Shown: one piece after another, positions 11,051 through 23,594 of the stretch
Layout of the letters: each line of letters starts with the position of its first letter
How positions within the stretch are numbered: position 1 is the first letter of the stretch
Assembly: GCA_964234715.1 (NCBI GenBank)
Contig: OZ174279.1
Reading direction: 5' to 3' (one strand)
Origin: Podarcis melisellensis
Taxonomy: Eukaryota
DNA length: 64,000 bases
Translations under genes and position numbers: made by a program
Notes under the pieces: model-generated
What the model was told of the DNA's origin: nothing
Database searches by the model: none
Seen by the model: the letters and a program-made list of their open reading frames with translations, nothing else

Positions 11051-12603
11051 TTCTAGCTTCTGTGGAAGGGACAGATAGATGGGAAGTGTGTATGCATAAA
11101 CTTTTCCATCTTCAGACATGAATTATATCTAAACACCCCTCTTAATTCTGTGTCTTAAATATTCTTGCTTAGGCATCAGAGCAGCATTTTGACTATTCAT
11201 TAACCAATGCATTATTGGGAAATCTTATTTACTATCTTATTTACTTCAAATATGCTTGTCCTGGCTTTCCCTGTTTTCCTAATGATGGGAACTGCATGTT
11301 TAGCAGCAGCTAGGACTATCTTAGCATACCTCATCTTGCATGAGGGTTTGGTTCCAAGGGTTATATGTATACATGGAAAGCAGATATAACAAACTCCTGG
11401 AGCCTCCCACAGAACTAGCCAGCCTGACTTTTATAAGGTAGCCAATAAGGGAAAGAGCATCCCCAGTGCTCCCAGTGGGCCTTGCTCAGCAGGGAAGACA
11501 GAGCTTAAAAGCTTTTCATTCCAGTTCTGCTTGGGTTTACCCAATGCAAAAAGAGGTTTTAAGCTCTTGGCCTTGACTCTTGGGCAGAGCCTGCTCAGCA
11601 CGTCAGCTCTGGGAGTGTTAGGGATGTTTTTGCAAGATCTTGCAGAACAATCTGACTTCCTGGGGGATCTCGTGAGAGTATCCTCACCACTGCTAGAGCT
11701 GGCACTTAGCAGGCCTTGCCTGGAAGCAAAGTAAGAGAACTTAAAAGCTCTATTTGCACTACGTCTGCTTGAGGCTACCTTCATGCTACACTTGCAAGGG
11801 TTTGGGGTGGAATGTGCACGCCCAGCAGCAGAACTAGCACATCGAGTTCCGTCCCTCTACCTGCTTTGGTTTTCATGTATCCAACCGAATGCCTAGGCTA
11901 CATAAATGTGCACACACACAAACACACACAGGTATATACACACACGCCTGCATATACTTACTAAAATTGTGATGCAAAATCTTTTTGTGTGTCTTGATTC
12001 TAAATATGTAGTAAGCTTTTGTAAAAAAAAAAAAAAAGGCAAATGTGGCAAGCGGTGCTCAGTTTGACTGAAAGCTCTGTGCCTCAGTTTCAATTTAGAG
12101 ATAATATTCTTCCACTTTTCCTTGTCTGTATTGCTGCCTGTGCTGTTTCCTTTTCTCTTTCCAGAGGTGATGGCATTCACAAAGGGAACTGAAGTCATCT
12201 CCATCTCCTTCTTTCTCTCAGTTTTTTCTTTTTTATAATCTGATTTCATAGCATTGTGCAATCCTTCTTGATGACAGGCTCACCAAAGCTGATTGAGTGC
12301 ATTCCTGTGTTATATCTACCCTCGATTTCACTAAAATATTCTAACATTTAGTATTCTTTCATGGCTGTGACTTACACTTTTTATAATATCCAATTAGTAT
12401 ACTTCTGTTTTTATGAGTACTCTAAATCAGAATGGGAATGTGCATGTACAGGAATAGATTTGTTCATCTCCATAATTGTTTCTTTTTTCTCAATTGTCTA
12501 GCTTGGTGGCATGGTATAAACTCAAGATGCTGGTGATATTTTTCATTAAACCTCTGTTGTCCTCCACTCCGTGTTTCACACTAATTATTTTCTTCCCTTA
12601 CAG

Positions 12604-12685
12604 AAATACACAGCTGTTGGGGAATTGGGAAAGGCAACTGACACATTTGATTCTACAGGCAAAGTAACAGAAGAAAAACCTTACG
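12604..12685 (+). CDS. TRUB1: TRUB1 coding exon (exon 4 equivalent)
   Basis: TTCCCTTACAG acceptor and GTAAAG donor; 82 nt, phase 0-1. Encodes [27 protein letters not shown] (TruB KxY and TDTxD motifs). Confidence 0.96.
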
Positions 12686-13446
12686 GTAAAGAATCACATA
12701 ATGTGTTCTGTTCTGACTGTTTGACTGCAGTGCTTTGCTTAGATTGCAGCAAAGATGGTGTCAGGCTCAGGTTTGTAGCTTATTTTTAAAGGAATTTTGT
12801 TAGTCTAGCTGACAGATTAAATGGTTTGCAACATCTTGGAAATGGGGATTCTTTGTCAGCTTTTAAGATGACTTCTGAGAAACTCAACTCAACACTTGAA
12901 GGTCATATAAATCCACAGACCCCTAGTTACTGAGCCCATCACTGTAATTAATCAGCAGGCATTTAGGAACTGTAACTCTCTGCATATGTTAGACCCCAGC
13001 TCCCAATATGCCTTACTGTTGGCTATACTTACTAGGTCTAATGGGAGATGTGGCCCTCCAGATGTTGAACTCCCCAGTTTCCCATTCCTGGCTTTAGTTG
13101 CTTAGTTTCCATTTCAGCTTGGTCCGTTCCCAGAAACCACCAGTGGATTGTGATTGTTATTGCTTCTTTTTTAGATGAGGAGTTGGAAGGACCCTAGCTC
13201 ACTGATAGAGTGCATGCAAAGGCTCAGTCCCTGGTATCTGAGTTAGGGTCTGAAGCTGTGGAGAGCCAATTCCAGTTAGCATGAACAAGAGTGATCTGGA
13301 TGGTTTAGTGCTCTGACTCAGTAGAAGTGAGCTTCCCATATTTCCTACCTCTGTCTCTGCATGCATGTGGTAGGGATGTAATGGGCATTTGTGCTTTTAA
13401 AAGGTGGTATGTTGTGTGCAGGTTTCCCTTGACTAAACTTTCCGAG

Positions 13447-13597
13447 ATCACAGAAGCACAGACTTGTAGAGTTGGAAGTGACCATGAGGATCATCTAGTC
13501 CAACCCCCTGCAATGCAGGAATCTTTCACCCAACATGGGGCTCAAACTCACAACCCTGAGATTAAGAGCCTCGCGTTCTACCAACTGAGCTATCCCC
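13447..13597 (-). mobile_element. tRNA(Lys)-derived SINE with CR1 3' tail (lacertid POM/P.s.1-like)
   Basis: Minus strand reads GGGATAGCTCAGTTGGTAGAACGCGAGGCTCTTAATCTCAGGGTTGTGAGTTTGAGCCCC (A/B boxes, CTT anticodon loop), fused to the CR1 tail TTCCTGCATTGCAGGGGGTTGGACTAGATGA...TTCCAACTCTAC. Confidence 0.85.
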
Positions 13598-16500
13598 TCC
13601 TGAGCTGTGTTGGGATAGCGTGCACTGCCTGAATATTCCCAAGCTTGTGCATGCACATCCTTGGTGTGTCTCAACTTGGCTTGGGCCTGTGTGTATGAGT
13701 ATGAGTATGGTGTCATGTTTTCTTCTGAACTGACGCTCTGCAATCAAAGTACTACTATGTGTGCTTTTAATGAAGCAAGAAAGAAAAAGCATGTAAGTAG
13801 TATGTTGTAGAGGAATTGGGGTTGTAATCACTTAAAGTTCCTGCTGTGGGTATACAAGTATTTGTGATGCCTGTTTGTGAGGTGATACCCATAAGGCTTC
13901 TTGCTCCACTAACAATAGCCATAATCATAGCATAATGGGATGACCATGAGTTAACTGTCTATTGTAAATGTTTTCTTTCATTCCTCCCATCCTAGGAGAT
14001 GATCCTTCTGTGGTTGATAATGCAACGGGGGAAGTTTCCAGTTCTTACTATTTCCTTAAAGTAGACCCTTCTCTTCAGATCTTTCTATCACTTCTCAGTG
14101 CTGTTTTACATTTCAGACAAACAGCTAAATCAACAAATTCATCCAAGGAGGAGAACAAGAGCCTTTTAAATAGCTGGAATGGTTGCTAGGCTTCTGCTTT
14201 GTTGCGTGCCTTGCTTTTGGTCATATGCAAAGATGCATCTCTCCTGTGCTTCTGAGAAATAACATGCCACTAATTGCAGAGCAAACTTGCTACTACTCTC
14301 ATTAATTCCTTCACAACTTAAAGAGAACAGAGCTATAGATAGCTGGTCTCCTAGCAACTGCTATGCAACCCTCTGTATTTATAATACCCAGTAACAGGTA
14401 ACCATGATAAATTATCTTCTGTTGCCTTGTGGTGATAAAGGAGGTCTCTGTGGATTTTTTTTCTTTACTCCTTTTTCTTGCATGCAGTACGTTCTCACTT
14501 TTCCCACACCTCTTAAAATATAATATTGCCTCACAACTTATACTGCCTCACAGACCTACCTTCATTTTAATTCATGTCCGTTGCTTGATTCATTTTTAAT
14601 GCTGAATGAGCAAACTAGCCAAAGGCCCAATTCAGATATTATAAACCAGGGCTGAAGAACCTCCGGCCCGCAAGCCTAATTAAGCCTGGAAGATTGGCCC
14701 ACCAGGCCATTTTGAGCAAATTACACCCACTTTTCCCCCTTACCTGATTACATATATGATGTCAGGTACAGAAAACTTCAAGCCATGACTGAATTTCTTT
14801 AAAAAATCCTTGATGTGGTGTACAAAAACAGATCAACAGTAAAAGCTGTAGATTAATAAATATTGGCAGACCACAATAAAATCATTAAAAACAAGGCTGC
14901 CATCTTTGCAGTAGCAGCTGAAAATAATTGCTGCAGTTTTCTACAAACGTTTGCCACAAACTGCAAAAAGGATCATCCACCATAGTATTTTGATGTTGTT
15001 TTTAATCTTGGCTTGTATTTATAATTATTAGTGTTATATATTATTAGTTCTATGTTTTGTCCCTTCTTCCCTGGTGTTTGTCTTAGCAGGAGTATAAATT
15101 GGCTACCAATTTGTGATTTTTCATACTTGTACAATTTGTTCGCTTGTTTGTGAATAGTAATTAAATTTAAAGCGTCTTAAAAACAGAAGTCCAGGATCAT
15201 TTGAACAGTATCTTAAAATTAAATTTTTTTTCCCAAATACAGTGCTGGGCTCAGATTATACCCTCTTTTTATGGTAAGGTTCCTATTTTTCAAATCAAAA
15301 ACAAAGACTGAAATTTTAGTCCTACAAAGGTGTCCGAAGGTTGTTTGAAAATAAGGTCTTGCAGGCACCAACAACAAAAGGAAATGTTGAAAGAGCTTCA
15401 ATGCTTACCTCTCCCCACCCCACCCCATGCATGTTTTCCTTTATAACTGGTAGCAGCGACGTCTTAAAAATAGCCTAAATATGTTCAGCCTTAGAACCCA
15501 TAAGAGTTTATGATGTTAATAATGTGAATATAGGTAGTTTTTTATTGTCTTCTGTTTTCCAGTGTTGTTTCACTTTGCTCTTAGGCTGAGATACCCCACC
15601 CCACCCGTCAAAAGTAGTAAAACAAAAATGAAATGCTATGACTGATATTGGTCAAAGGAAGGCCTAATAGTTACTGGGCAAACTAGAACAGTTTTTTTCA
15701 TCAGGTGAAGATGAAATGCCTGTGTTTGGTAGGTAGAAAATGCAAACATTCCCATTTGAGAAATGTTCAGATTAGTTATTCATTTATACAGAAAAGCATT
15801 ATTTAAGTCTACATATTTGGTAGAGGCAATAGGAAGTATTTAACATTGCACCAAATTGACTGTTTTGTCAGTGCAACCATTTCAGTTTGCCAGACTGAAT
15901 GATGCCCCCTTCTCTTCTCCCTGTGTGTTCTCCTGATCCTCCCAGAATCAATTGCAGGGGGAGAAGAGAGGAGAAGCCCCATTGTGCAAGCAGAAGACCT
16001 TCAAAGGGCTTCCGCCAATGGGACTCATTAGGTAAATCCCGCCCATTGGTTCAATTTAGAGATTAACCTGTAGGCTAACATTCTTATATCCAGATTACTT
16101 AATATTAGCTATTATTTAAGGGAAACTTAATATTTACAATTTTTAAAAAATCTGATGTAAATCAAAACATCATTAAAAAAATTTGAACGATTGATTTTTA
16201 CACACCTGAACCCACATGCCATGAGTCATAGGAGCTTGATCTTAGAAGCAAACAGGGTGTCTGCAGCACCAGGGAGCCTGTCTCTCCCTCTCCTCATTCC
16301 CGTACATATTGTTCCCCTCCTGCAGCCCTGACTGATTTATGAACTGCTGCAGCATTATCATTAATGACACTTCATTTAGACTGCTGCTGGGCACAGTAGC
16401 AGCATCTGCCATCGCTGTTCCAAATGTTCTCTTTGTATAAAGTGAGATAGTAAAGTTGTTTCCTTCCGATACAGCATAAGAGATGAAATGTTTTCTTTTC

Positions 16501-17734
16501 AAGGAATAACCCTCTTATCTGTATCACGAGAGCCATCTGTTCAGGAAGGGAGCTGCAAGTGCCTAGAAGAGCAAGGATTAAAGCATAAGAAGAAGAAGAA
16601 AAAGCCATTCATGATATTTATTTATTCCTTGGCAGGAATCCATTGGGATTCACCAGAGGAAGGGAGGCTGAGCAGAGGGGATGTTCAAGTTAATAACTGC
16701 AGGAAGGATAACCAGTCCCAAATCTGACCTTTTGGTCAGAGTCCAAATATCTGTATTCTCTTGCATTATGTTCCTGAAGTCTATGTTTTGGTTTCTCCAG
16801 AAATCGGTCTTTGACGGGAGTTGTATTCAGTGTGCTTGTGATTCTTTTGAGCCGTCTCTTGGCAATGTATATGTGAGAGTGTAGGTGCATATGTTACAAA
16901 GGCGAGATTTATATTCTGGCTGTACTGGATTGGATAATGATAACTAGATTATGTAAAAAGTGAGTATCATAATACCCTAGAATTATTAATGTGCTGGAAA
17001 TCGGAACCCAGATAGCTAGGCCATTCTAAATTTTTCTTTAATCTCTCGTGAGGAAGAAAATGTTTTGTGCACTGAGTATTTCATAATGTATCTACTACAT
17101 TCTCCCCTACCTTGTTGCACATCCTAGTTATTAAGAAGAGTCTTAGATCGACTTGCATTAGCATACATTACAATTCGATAGAGGAAGATTTTCATAACAT
17201 TACATAGCTTATCAGAAAAATGAGCGTTCAGATTGGAGTGGAAGCAAATAAACAGCCAAATCCTGTATGCAGAAAGTTCTGTATTTATGGGGTTATATTT
17301 CTTTTTCTCCCTCTGGTAATATAAAGGCTGGTGTGTTTTTTGAGATTTTTAAATCAAGTAGATTTATGAATATTTCACCCCTCTTTTCGTCCACATATCC
17401 TTGTTTTCAGGATAATGTGATGCAAATTAGATACCCCACATATCCTTTAACCTATTCATTTACTTGCACAACTATTCTGTGGCATAGGTCAAGCCATTAT
17501 TCCAAACCTGGTGCCCTCCAGTTTTTGTTGAACTACAGTTCCCATCATTCCTGCTGGGATAGCTTTGTTAGTAGAGCATGAGACAAAAGGGGAAGGGAAG
17601 AAATTACATACTTCTGCTACTTAGCCTTACTTAACTTTCTGGAATATTGCCTGACTCTTTTTTTGGACCAAAAAATGATGACTGGCCCTAATGTCATTTA
17701 AAATGTTCAAGGTTGGTATTCGGCTAGTCAGTTA

Positions 17735-18430
17735 TATTTTATTTATTTAGGATATTTATATATCCAGTTCACAATGGGCAGTTCACAAATTTAGAAGCAA
17801 CACAATACAAAAATAAAGTAGTGAATATTAAAAACAAACGAACATGGGCATGGGCATACAGCCGTCTTGAAGCAGATGAGAACGATAAAGACACGACTAA
17901 AAATCTCTCCAGCAGAGGGAAACAAAATAAATGGAAGAACTAAAAATCAGTAAAACTATAGATGTTCCAAAGCCTAGGAAAATGAAAAGGGCTTCACCTG
18001 GTACCAAAGAGATCCTCAAGCCCTTCTAGGGAGAACATTCCATAACTGGGGTGCCACCACTGGGGCACTAATAGTCATCACTGTCCTCACTAAGTGGGGT
18101 AATTTGAAAAGGGCCCTCTGATTTAGATGTTAATGTCCAGCCAAGTATATACAACAGGAAGCAATCCATTTGGGGCTTTATTATTTAATACCAGCACTTG
18201 GAATTATTTAATACCAGTCCAGGAATGGACTGGAAGTCAATGCAAATGATGATGGACTGGTGTGATATGCTGATATCATATCTACTGTCGATCATCTTGC
18301 TATTTTGGGCTAGCGGATGTTTCCAGACAAAGGCAACACCATGTATAATGCATTGCAGTAATCCATCTGGGGTGTTAATAGAGCATAGACAATTGTTGCA
18401 AGACTATCTATTCAGATAGAATCATTGCTG
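17735..18430 (-). mobile_element. Old L2 LINE 3' fragment
   Basis: TTTTATTTATTT tail followed by decayed matches to the 3' part of the L2 at 43982-44850 (e.g. GCATTGCAGTAATCCATCTGGGGTGT). Confidence 0.6.
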
Positions 18431-18597
18431 GTTCATCAGATGAAGTTGGTAAAGTACTCAATATATTGTCCTGGCTTTAATATAAAATCCAAAAAATCAG
18501 CAGCTTCTCAATTCTCCGAAGTGCTCAAAGTTTGTCAGTTGTTACACGAATAATGAATACTGAAATGTACATATGCCCATGTTTTCTCTTTTGGCAG

Positions 18598-18670
18598 ATC
18601 GGATAACAAAAGAGGATCTTGAGAATGTCCTGCAGAAGTTCACAGGCAGCATCATGCAAGTTCCCCCGAT
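18598..18670 (+). CDS. TRUB1: TRUB1 coding exon (exon 5 equivalent)
   Basis: CTTTTGGCAG acceptor and GTAAGT donor; 73 nt, phase 1-2. Encodes (D)[23 protein letters not shown]. Confidence 0.96.
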
Positions 18671-19524
18671 GTAAGTGCTTTGATAAATAGTTGAACGTCA
18701 TCTTTGGGAAGCCTGCCTGCAAAATCTCATTTTGCTGGCAGTAGAAAGTGACCTCTGTAGAGCAGAAAGCTGGCAAGACAGGGCAGTCTGGAAAGAATTT
18801 ATTAACTTGACAGAATTACAGCCAAGAGTGACATTGACTTGAACAGCACATGCAAATAGCCCATGATGCTGTCTGTTATGACTGAATTTGAGGCCTTTGG
18901 TCATCACTGAAGCAAAGCTTTCCCTTGCCTTGAATATTTAAAGCAAAATCAAATAGTATTGCTTAATGGGCAGTGTTGCATTTTAGGACACTTTTGTATA
19001 CCAATAATAGGAAGTGTTCTCAGTGAAGGTAACAGTGCTTCTTGGAGGGAAGCTTGAGGCAGTCCAGTCCAATTTACACAGTGATCATGCAGTCTTTGAA
19101 GTACCAAATGCAATGCTTGGCATAGAAACTGTGGAAGTACCACTTGTTCTTGGCAAATGCCCATTCCCTTATGGATCCCTGTGTCAGAATGTAAGGGTCA
19201 CGTATGAACAGGATGGTGATAAGATGTAGAATTAGGTGTCTTCATCAGAGATGAGCTGATTTCAGATTGGCAGGCATCTTCTCTTTTTTCTTGAATGTTA
19301 ATGGTTCAACTATGCCTATTAAATTCATAAAGGAAGACCTTGGTTCTGAGAATGTGAGAAGGGTCTTGCTAAATCAAATCAAGGTCTCCTAGTGCTGGAC
19401 TTAGCAAGCTTCAGCCACCATCAGTTATACCAGAAATTGAACAGTGGTCCACTGGTAGACCTTCTGCCCACCCCAGAGCACTTTTTAAATGCATGACAGC
19501 AGGCAATGAAACATATAACTATAT

Positions 19525-19970
19525 TGTCAGGGAACTGCCATCGGCTCAGAGGCGAGGGATAGAGGGGGAGTTGTGTTACAGGGAGCCTCCAAAAATCTTG
19601 TGAAGCAGTTCCTCTTGCGGCGAGGAGGAAAGCACCTCCAGTGGAGAAGAGGTGCAAGGACCAGAGGATGCTAGAGAGAGCCTTAACACCACGCCTGAGC
19701 AAGCCGGAGAGGAGGGAAGCACACGCCTGCCGTCCCCAATCATGCACAGTGGTTTGAGGCGCAGGGAGAGCTGGAAAAGGCTCGGGGTGACGAAACTTTT
19801 ATGTTGGGGGAGGTACAAAAACAGACCACTCCCGGATTCTGCTAGTGATGGAGCCAGACATGAACTTATGATGTTCTTCACTGTAAATAGTTTGCACCAA
19901 AATAAAGCCTGTAAAAGACAGGTTGGAGTCCTGCCTGGTTACTCTCGAGCAACCGCAACAGCATCTGACA
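19525..19970 (+). mobile_element. Probable solo LTR (Gypsy-like), 446 bp
   Basis: Bounded by inverted termini TGTCAG...CTGACA (TG..CA rule); GC/purine-rich body distinct from the intron; AATAAA at 19901-19906. No TSD match. Confidence 0.68.
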
Positions 19971-19982
19971 TGAGTGTGTGCA

Positions 19983-19985
<3 letters not shown>

Positions 19986-20035
<50 letters not shown>
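19986..20035. repeat. (AT)n microsatellite
   Basis: About 25 perfect AT units. Confidence 0.98.
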
Positions 20036-20039
<4 letters not shown>

Positions 20040-20218
20040 TTTATTATTTATTTATTCACCTGGACAGATGGTTCTCCTTAGCACTGCCCTGGATTGAATC
20101 TGTTGTATTTGTTGTTTTGTAAACATCTTAAAGATTTACTTGTATTGAGTGGTATATAAATATATGAAATAAAATGAAATAAATAAGAAATACCCTGTTG
20201 TATTCACTCTTTGATCAG

Positions 20219-20358
20219 CTATTGTGCCCTGAAGAGAGATGGACAGAGGTTGTCCACTCTGGTTAAGAAAGGAGAAGTTGTTGAAGCAAAGCCTGCCAGA
20301 CAAGTTATGGTCTACAGTCTCACTCTTAAGAGTTTCAAGCCGCCCTTCTTCACGCTTG
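20219..20358 (+). CDS. TRUB1: TRUB1 coding exon (exon 6 equivalent)
   Basis: CTTTGATCAG acceptor and GTAAGG donor; 140 nt, phase 2-1. Encodes (I)YCALKRDGQRLSTLVKKGEVVEAKPARQVMVYSLTLKSFKPPFFTL (thumb-loop region). Confidence 0.96.
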
Positions 20359-21627
20359 GTAAGGATCCAAAGCATGGAGTCTGGTTGTACTTAAGTCAAA
20401 ATATTAAAATTGTCTAGGTTTGGTTTAATTGTATTGTGTTTTAATTGTATGTACGATGCTTTGTGTGGACTGTGCCCAGGAAGGCAGCCTGTAAATAAGT
20501 TTTACACGCACACACTATATACATATTTACCCTTATTTATTATTTATTATTACTATTTATTAGTGCCCTCTTCAATCCCCCCTTTCTTTCTCCTCTTTTT
20601 TTTTGCTTGTCCTAATTTTCAGCTGTTCCCACAATACTGCATTTGTCTTATTAATTTCTTTTCCTCTCCCTTTGTTGTCCCCCCCTGTTATTTTCTGCAG
20701 TGTCTGTTTAAATTACAATATTCATTTTCATCTATTTCTGTATACCGATAATGCGGTGATAATTTAAAAATGTGAATCAAGAGGCCTAGGCCAAACTAAG
20801 GAATTATCCCGTTGCCTTTTATTTTAAGTCCTGTATCAGTGAAATATAGACCACCTTTAGACAATTGTGTAACTTGGATGGCCATTATCTTAATGTGCTG
20901 ATGTCAACATTGTTTTGACCTATGGATCTACAGTGCAACTATATACGTAGCAATGGACTATCGATGCGTCCAGACTGAGAATCTCTGGGCCCTGTGTTTC
21001 AGAGAAAGACCATTAAGGACAGTAGTGATCTTCCTGCTGAGTCCCTTTTGCCAATAATCAGACAGGGATGTCAGCCATGACATGCTGTTCTCTTTTCTAT
21101 CGAGTGTGATGAAAAGACAGTGTAGGCTAAGCTGATGGATGTAGACCCAGGAGATCACAGCTGCAAACACTACCCCACCCTGCATGAACTGGGGAAAACA
21201 CTGATTGCTCAGCCTTTGGACATTTTGGTAACTTATGGGAGTGGTTGCAATATTGTTCAAAAGTGGAAGTAAACAACTTTGCACATTTTCAAAGTGTTAA
21301 GCAAGTGTCACTCGGTAAGGCTAACAGTTTGGGGCTATGTTTGACTTGCAGGTTAAGTGCTCTCCTCTTTTGCATAATATGCAAACCGTGTTTCAATGTA
21401 CTGTGTAATTTCAGTGGTTACGACTTACTGCTTGGGTGATTTGCAGCTCTTTATAGCGAGCAGATTTTAAACTGTCTTGGGTCTTCCTGGATATGTGTGA
21501 TGTGCGTAGACTTTTAAAAGTTTGCTCAGTGTTTTAAAACATTCATAGATGCTTTTTGCTAGCACTTCAAATAATCTCCCCACCCCTCAAGCAACAATGG
21601 ATAAATATATGACCTGACATGGTATCT

Positions 21628-21714
21628 TTCTTCTTCTTCTTCTTCTTCTTCTTCTTCTTCTTCTTCTTCTTCTTCTTCTTCTTCTTCTTTCCCTTCTCCT
21701 CCTCCTCCTCCTCC
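21628..21714. repeat. (TTC)n followed by (TCC)n compound microsatellite
   Basis: About 20 TTC units then about 6 TCC units; a pure pyrimidine tract. Confidence 0.97.
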
Positions 21715-21981
21715 AAATGAAGGCTCCGAAGTACTGAAATCCTGAAGCTGGTGCTGTAAAGTGAATGATTGTTAAGCCGGTGCATTTTATTCCTGTTTGC
21801 TTTCCGCTCTTCGCCAGCTTCACAATCTCACCCTCACATATGTTACAGGATGAATAATTTATATTATAACCCATAAATATTTTAATCACTCTATTGTTTG
21901 CTTAGTGCATTTTTACATTTCTATGTAAAGTAGATTTTTGTGCTATGCTGGCAATTTACCATGTCACCGTTAACATTCCAG

Positions 21982-22038
21982 ATGTTGAATGTGGCGGCGG
22001 CTTTTATGTCAGAAGCTTGGTCAACGATATTGGCAAAG
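21982..22038 (+). CDS. TRUB1: TRUB1 coding exon (exon 7 equivalent)
   Basis: ATTCCAG acceptor and GTAGGC donor; 57 nt, phase 1-1. Encodes (D)VECGGGFYVRSLVNDIGK (TruB CxxGxYxRSL motif). Confidence 0.96.
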
Positions 22039-22914
22039 GTAGGCACAGACAAAGCACAATCGCTCGGGGAGCAAGTGTTCCTGTTAACAGAGGGCCAGAT
22101 CAGCTGTCAGTATCTCTGGCTGCCAGATGTGCGCACTGGGGCTGCGGCACTGTTTGCCATGGTTTGGACCTCTGTAGCACAAAATGAACCTGAGTGAATT
22201 GACTACAAAAGTGGTCCTTCGAGGGCAGCAGTAAAGTGGTCGGTTTGGCCATGGACTTATGAGAGAGGAGTAAGAACTCTCTTTTCCTGCAAGATAAACA
22301 GATGGGGGGGGGGCGGGTTGGAGAGGTAAGAAAGTTCCTGTTTTTAAAGGTTACAATGATAAATAATGCTTTGAAATCAGAATGCGCAAAGTTGCAAACA
22401 TGATATAACCATCCCATCTGGGTGTGCCCCTGTTGTTTATGATGACTTAATCAGCTTTTCCTCTGACCTGAGATGTGATCCCACAAAAGGAATTTTTATT
22501 TGGCTATACTTCACCCAGGGAGTAACATAATCATTGACAGGAGGATAAGTTCAGCCATTTTTAAACACTAAGCTCTTTTAGATTCTGCTCAGCATGAACA
22601 GAACATAATGGCTGTACACCAAGAATTATTGGTGCTCAACTTTCCTCCTTTGGCAGAGACCGAATTCAGTAAGCAGCCATCGGTGTGTAACAGGATTTGA
22701 ATGGCAACTGTGTAATATTAATACTCTGTAATATGAACACTAGTTCTGTTTGGGGCAGCTCTGCACATGGGAAGTCTCCTGCAGGTGCTTTTCATTTTTA
22801 AAGGAGTCTAGAAAGGTACTACATGTCAACAGCTTATTAAGGCATGCAGTTTGACCTTGTGTCAAAAATCTTATCATAAAATGTGTTTGTTGTTGTTTGT
22901 TATTGTTGTTAAAA

Positions 22915-23490
22915 TTTGTTAGTCACTTTATCTTGCCCAAGGCAACCCAAAGCAACATTGATACATTAAAACCAGGGGGGGAGCAAAACAACAACAACAT
23001 TACATCCCACCCACTTCTAAAAGGCCACTGATAATTAGAGGTCAAAGGCCTGGTTATAGACGAAAGTTTTTGTATGGTGCCTAAGGAAAAATGATGGTGC
23101 CAGCCAGGCCTCCCTGAGAAGAGCATTCCACAAGTGGGGAGCCAGTGCAGGAAAGGCTTTTTCTCATGTTGCCACCCTCTGGACTTCTCATGGAGGGGAC
23201 ACACAAGGAAGGGCCCTAGATTATGAATGCAGGGTCTAGGTTGGTTCATACGAGAAGTGGTCCTTGAGGTATTGCAGTCCTGAGCCATTTAAGACATTAT
23301 AGGTTAAAAACCATCACTTTGAATTGGGCCCGAAAACTAATTATCAGGCAGTGCATTTGGGCCAGGATCAGTGTAATATGCTCAAACCGTCTTGCTCTGG
23401 TAGCAATCTGGCCACTGAATTCTGCACCAGCTGAAGTTTCCAAACATCTTCAGGTGCATCCCTATGTATAATGTGTTGCAGTAATGTAGT
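22915..23490 (-). mobile_element. Old L2 LINE 3' fragment
   Basis: Decayed matches to the large L2 3' region, e.g. GAATTCTGCACCAGCTGAAGTTTC (LQLVQN on the minus strand) and GGTTAAAAACCATCACTTTGAATTGGG. Confidence 0.7.
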
Positions 23491-23594
23491 GGGGAAATGT
23501 ATCCCCCCCCCCCGAATTGCATTTCCATGAGATGTGCAGCGTATTTGGATAATGAAATGTTTAATGGTTAATATTTGTATAATGTGTCAAATGT

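Noticed and set aside
11431-11784. 117-aa minus-strand ORF in TRUB1 intron 3
   Set aside because: No recognisable domain or splice context; the length is compatible with chance.
13525-13597. tRNA-Lys gene
   Set aside because: The T-loop and acceptor stem are degenerate and the sequence is fused to a CR1 tail, so it is a SINE.
19652-20122. 156-aa ORF with an IY repeat
   Set aside because: Read-through of the LTR-like element and the (AT)n microsatellite.
21567-21889. Poly-Lys and poly-Arg ORFs
   Set aside because: Translations of the (TTC)n microsatellite.
21965-21981. CCGTTAAC close to the exon 7 acceptor, like a U12 branch point
   Set aside because: The intron donor is GTAAGG, not the U12 consensus GTATCCTT.
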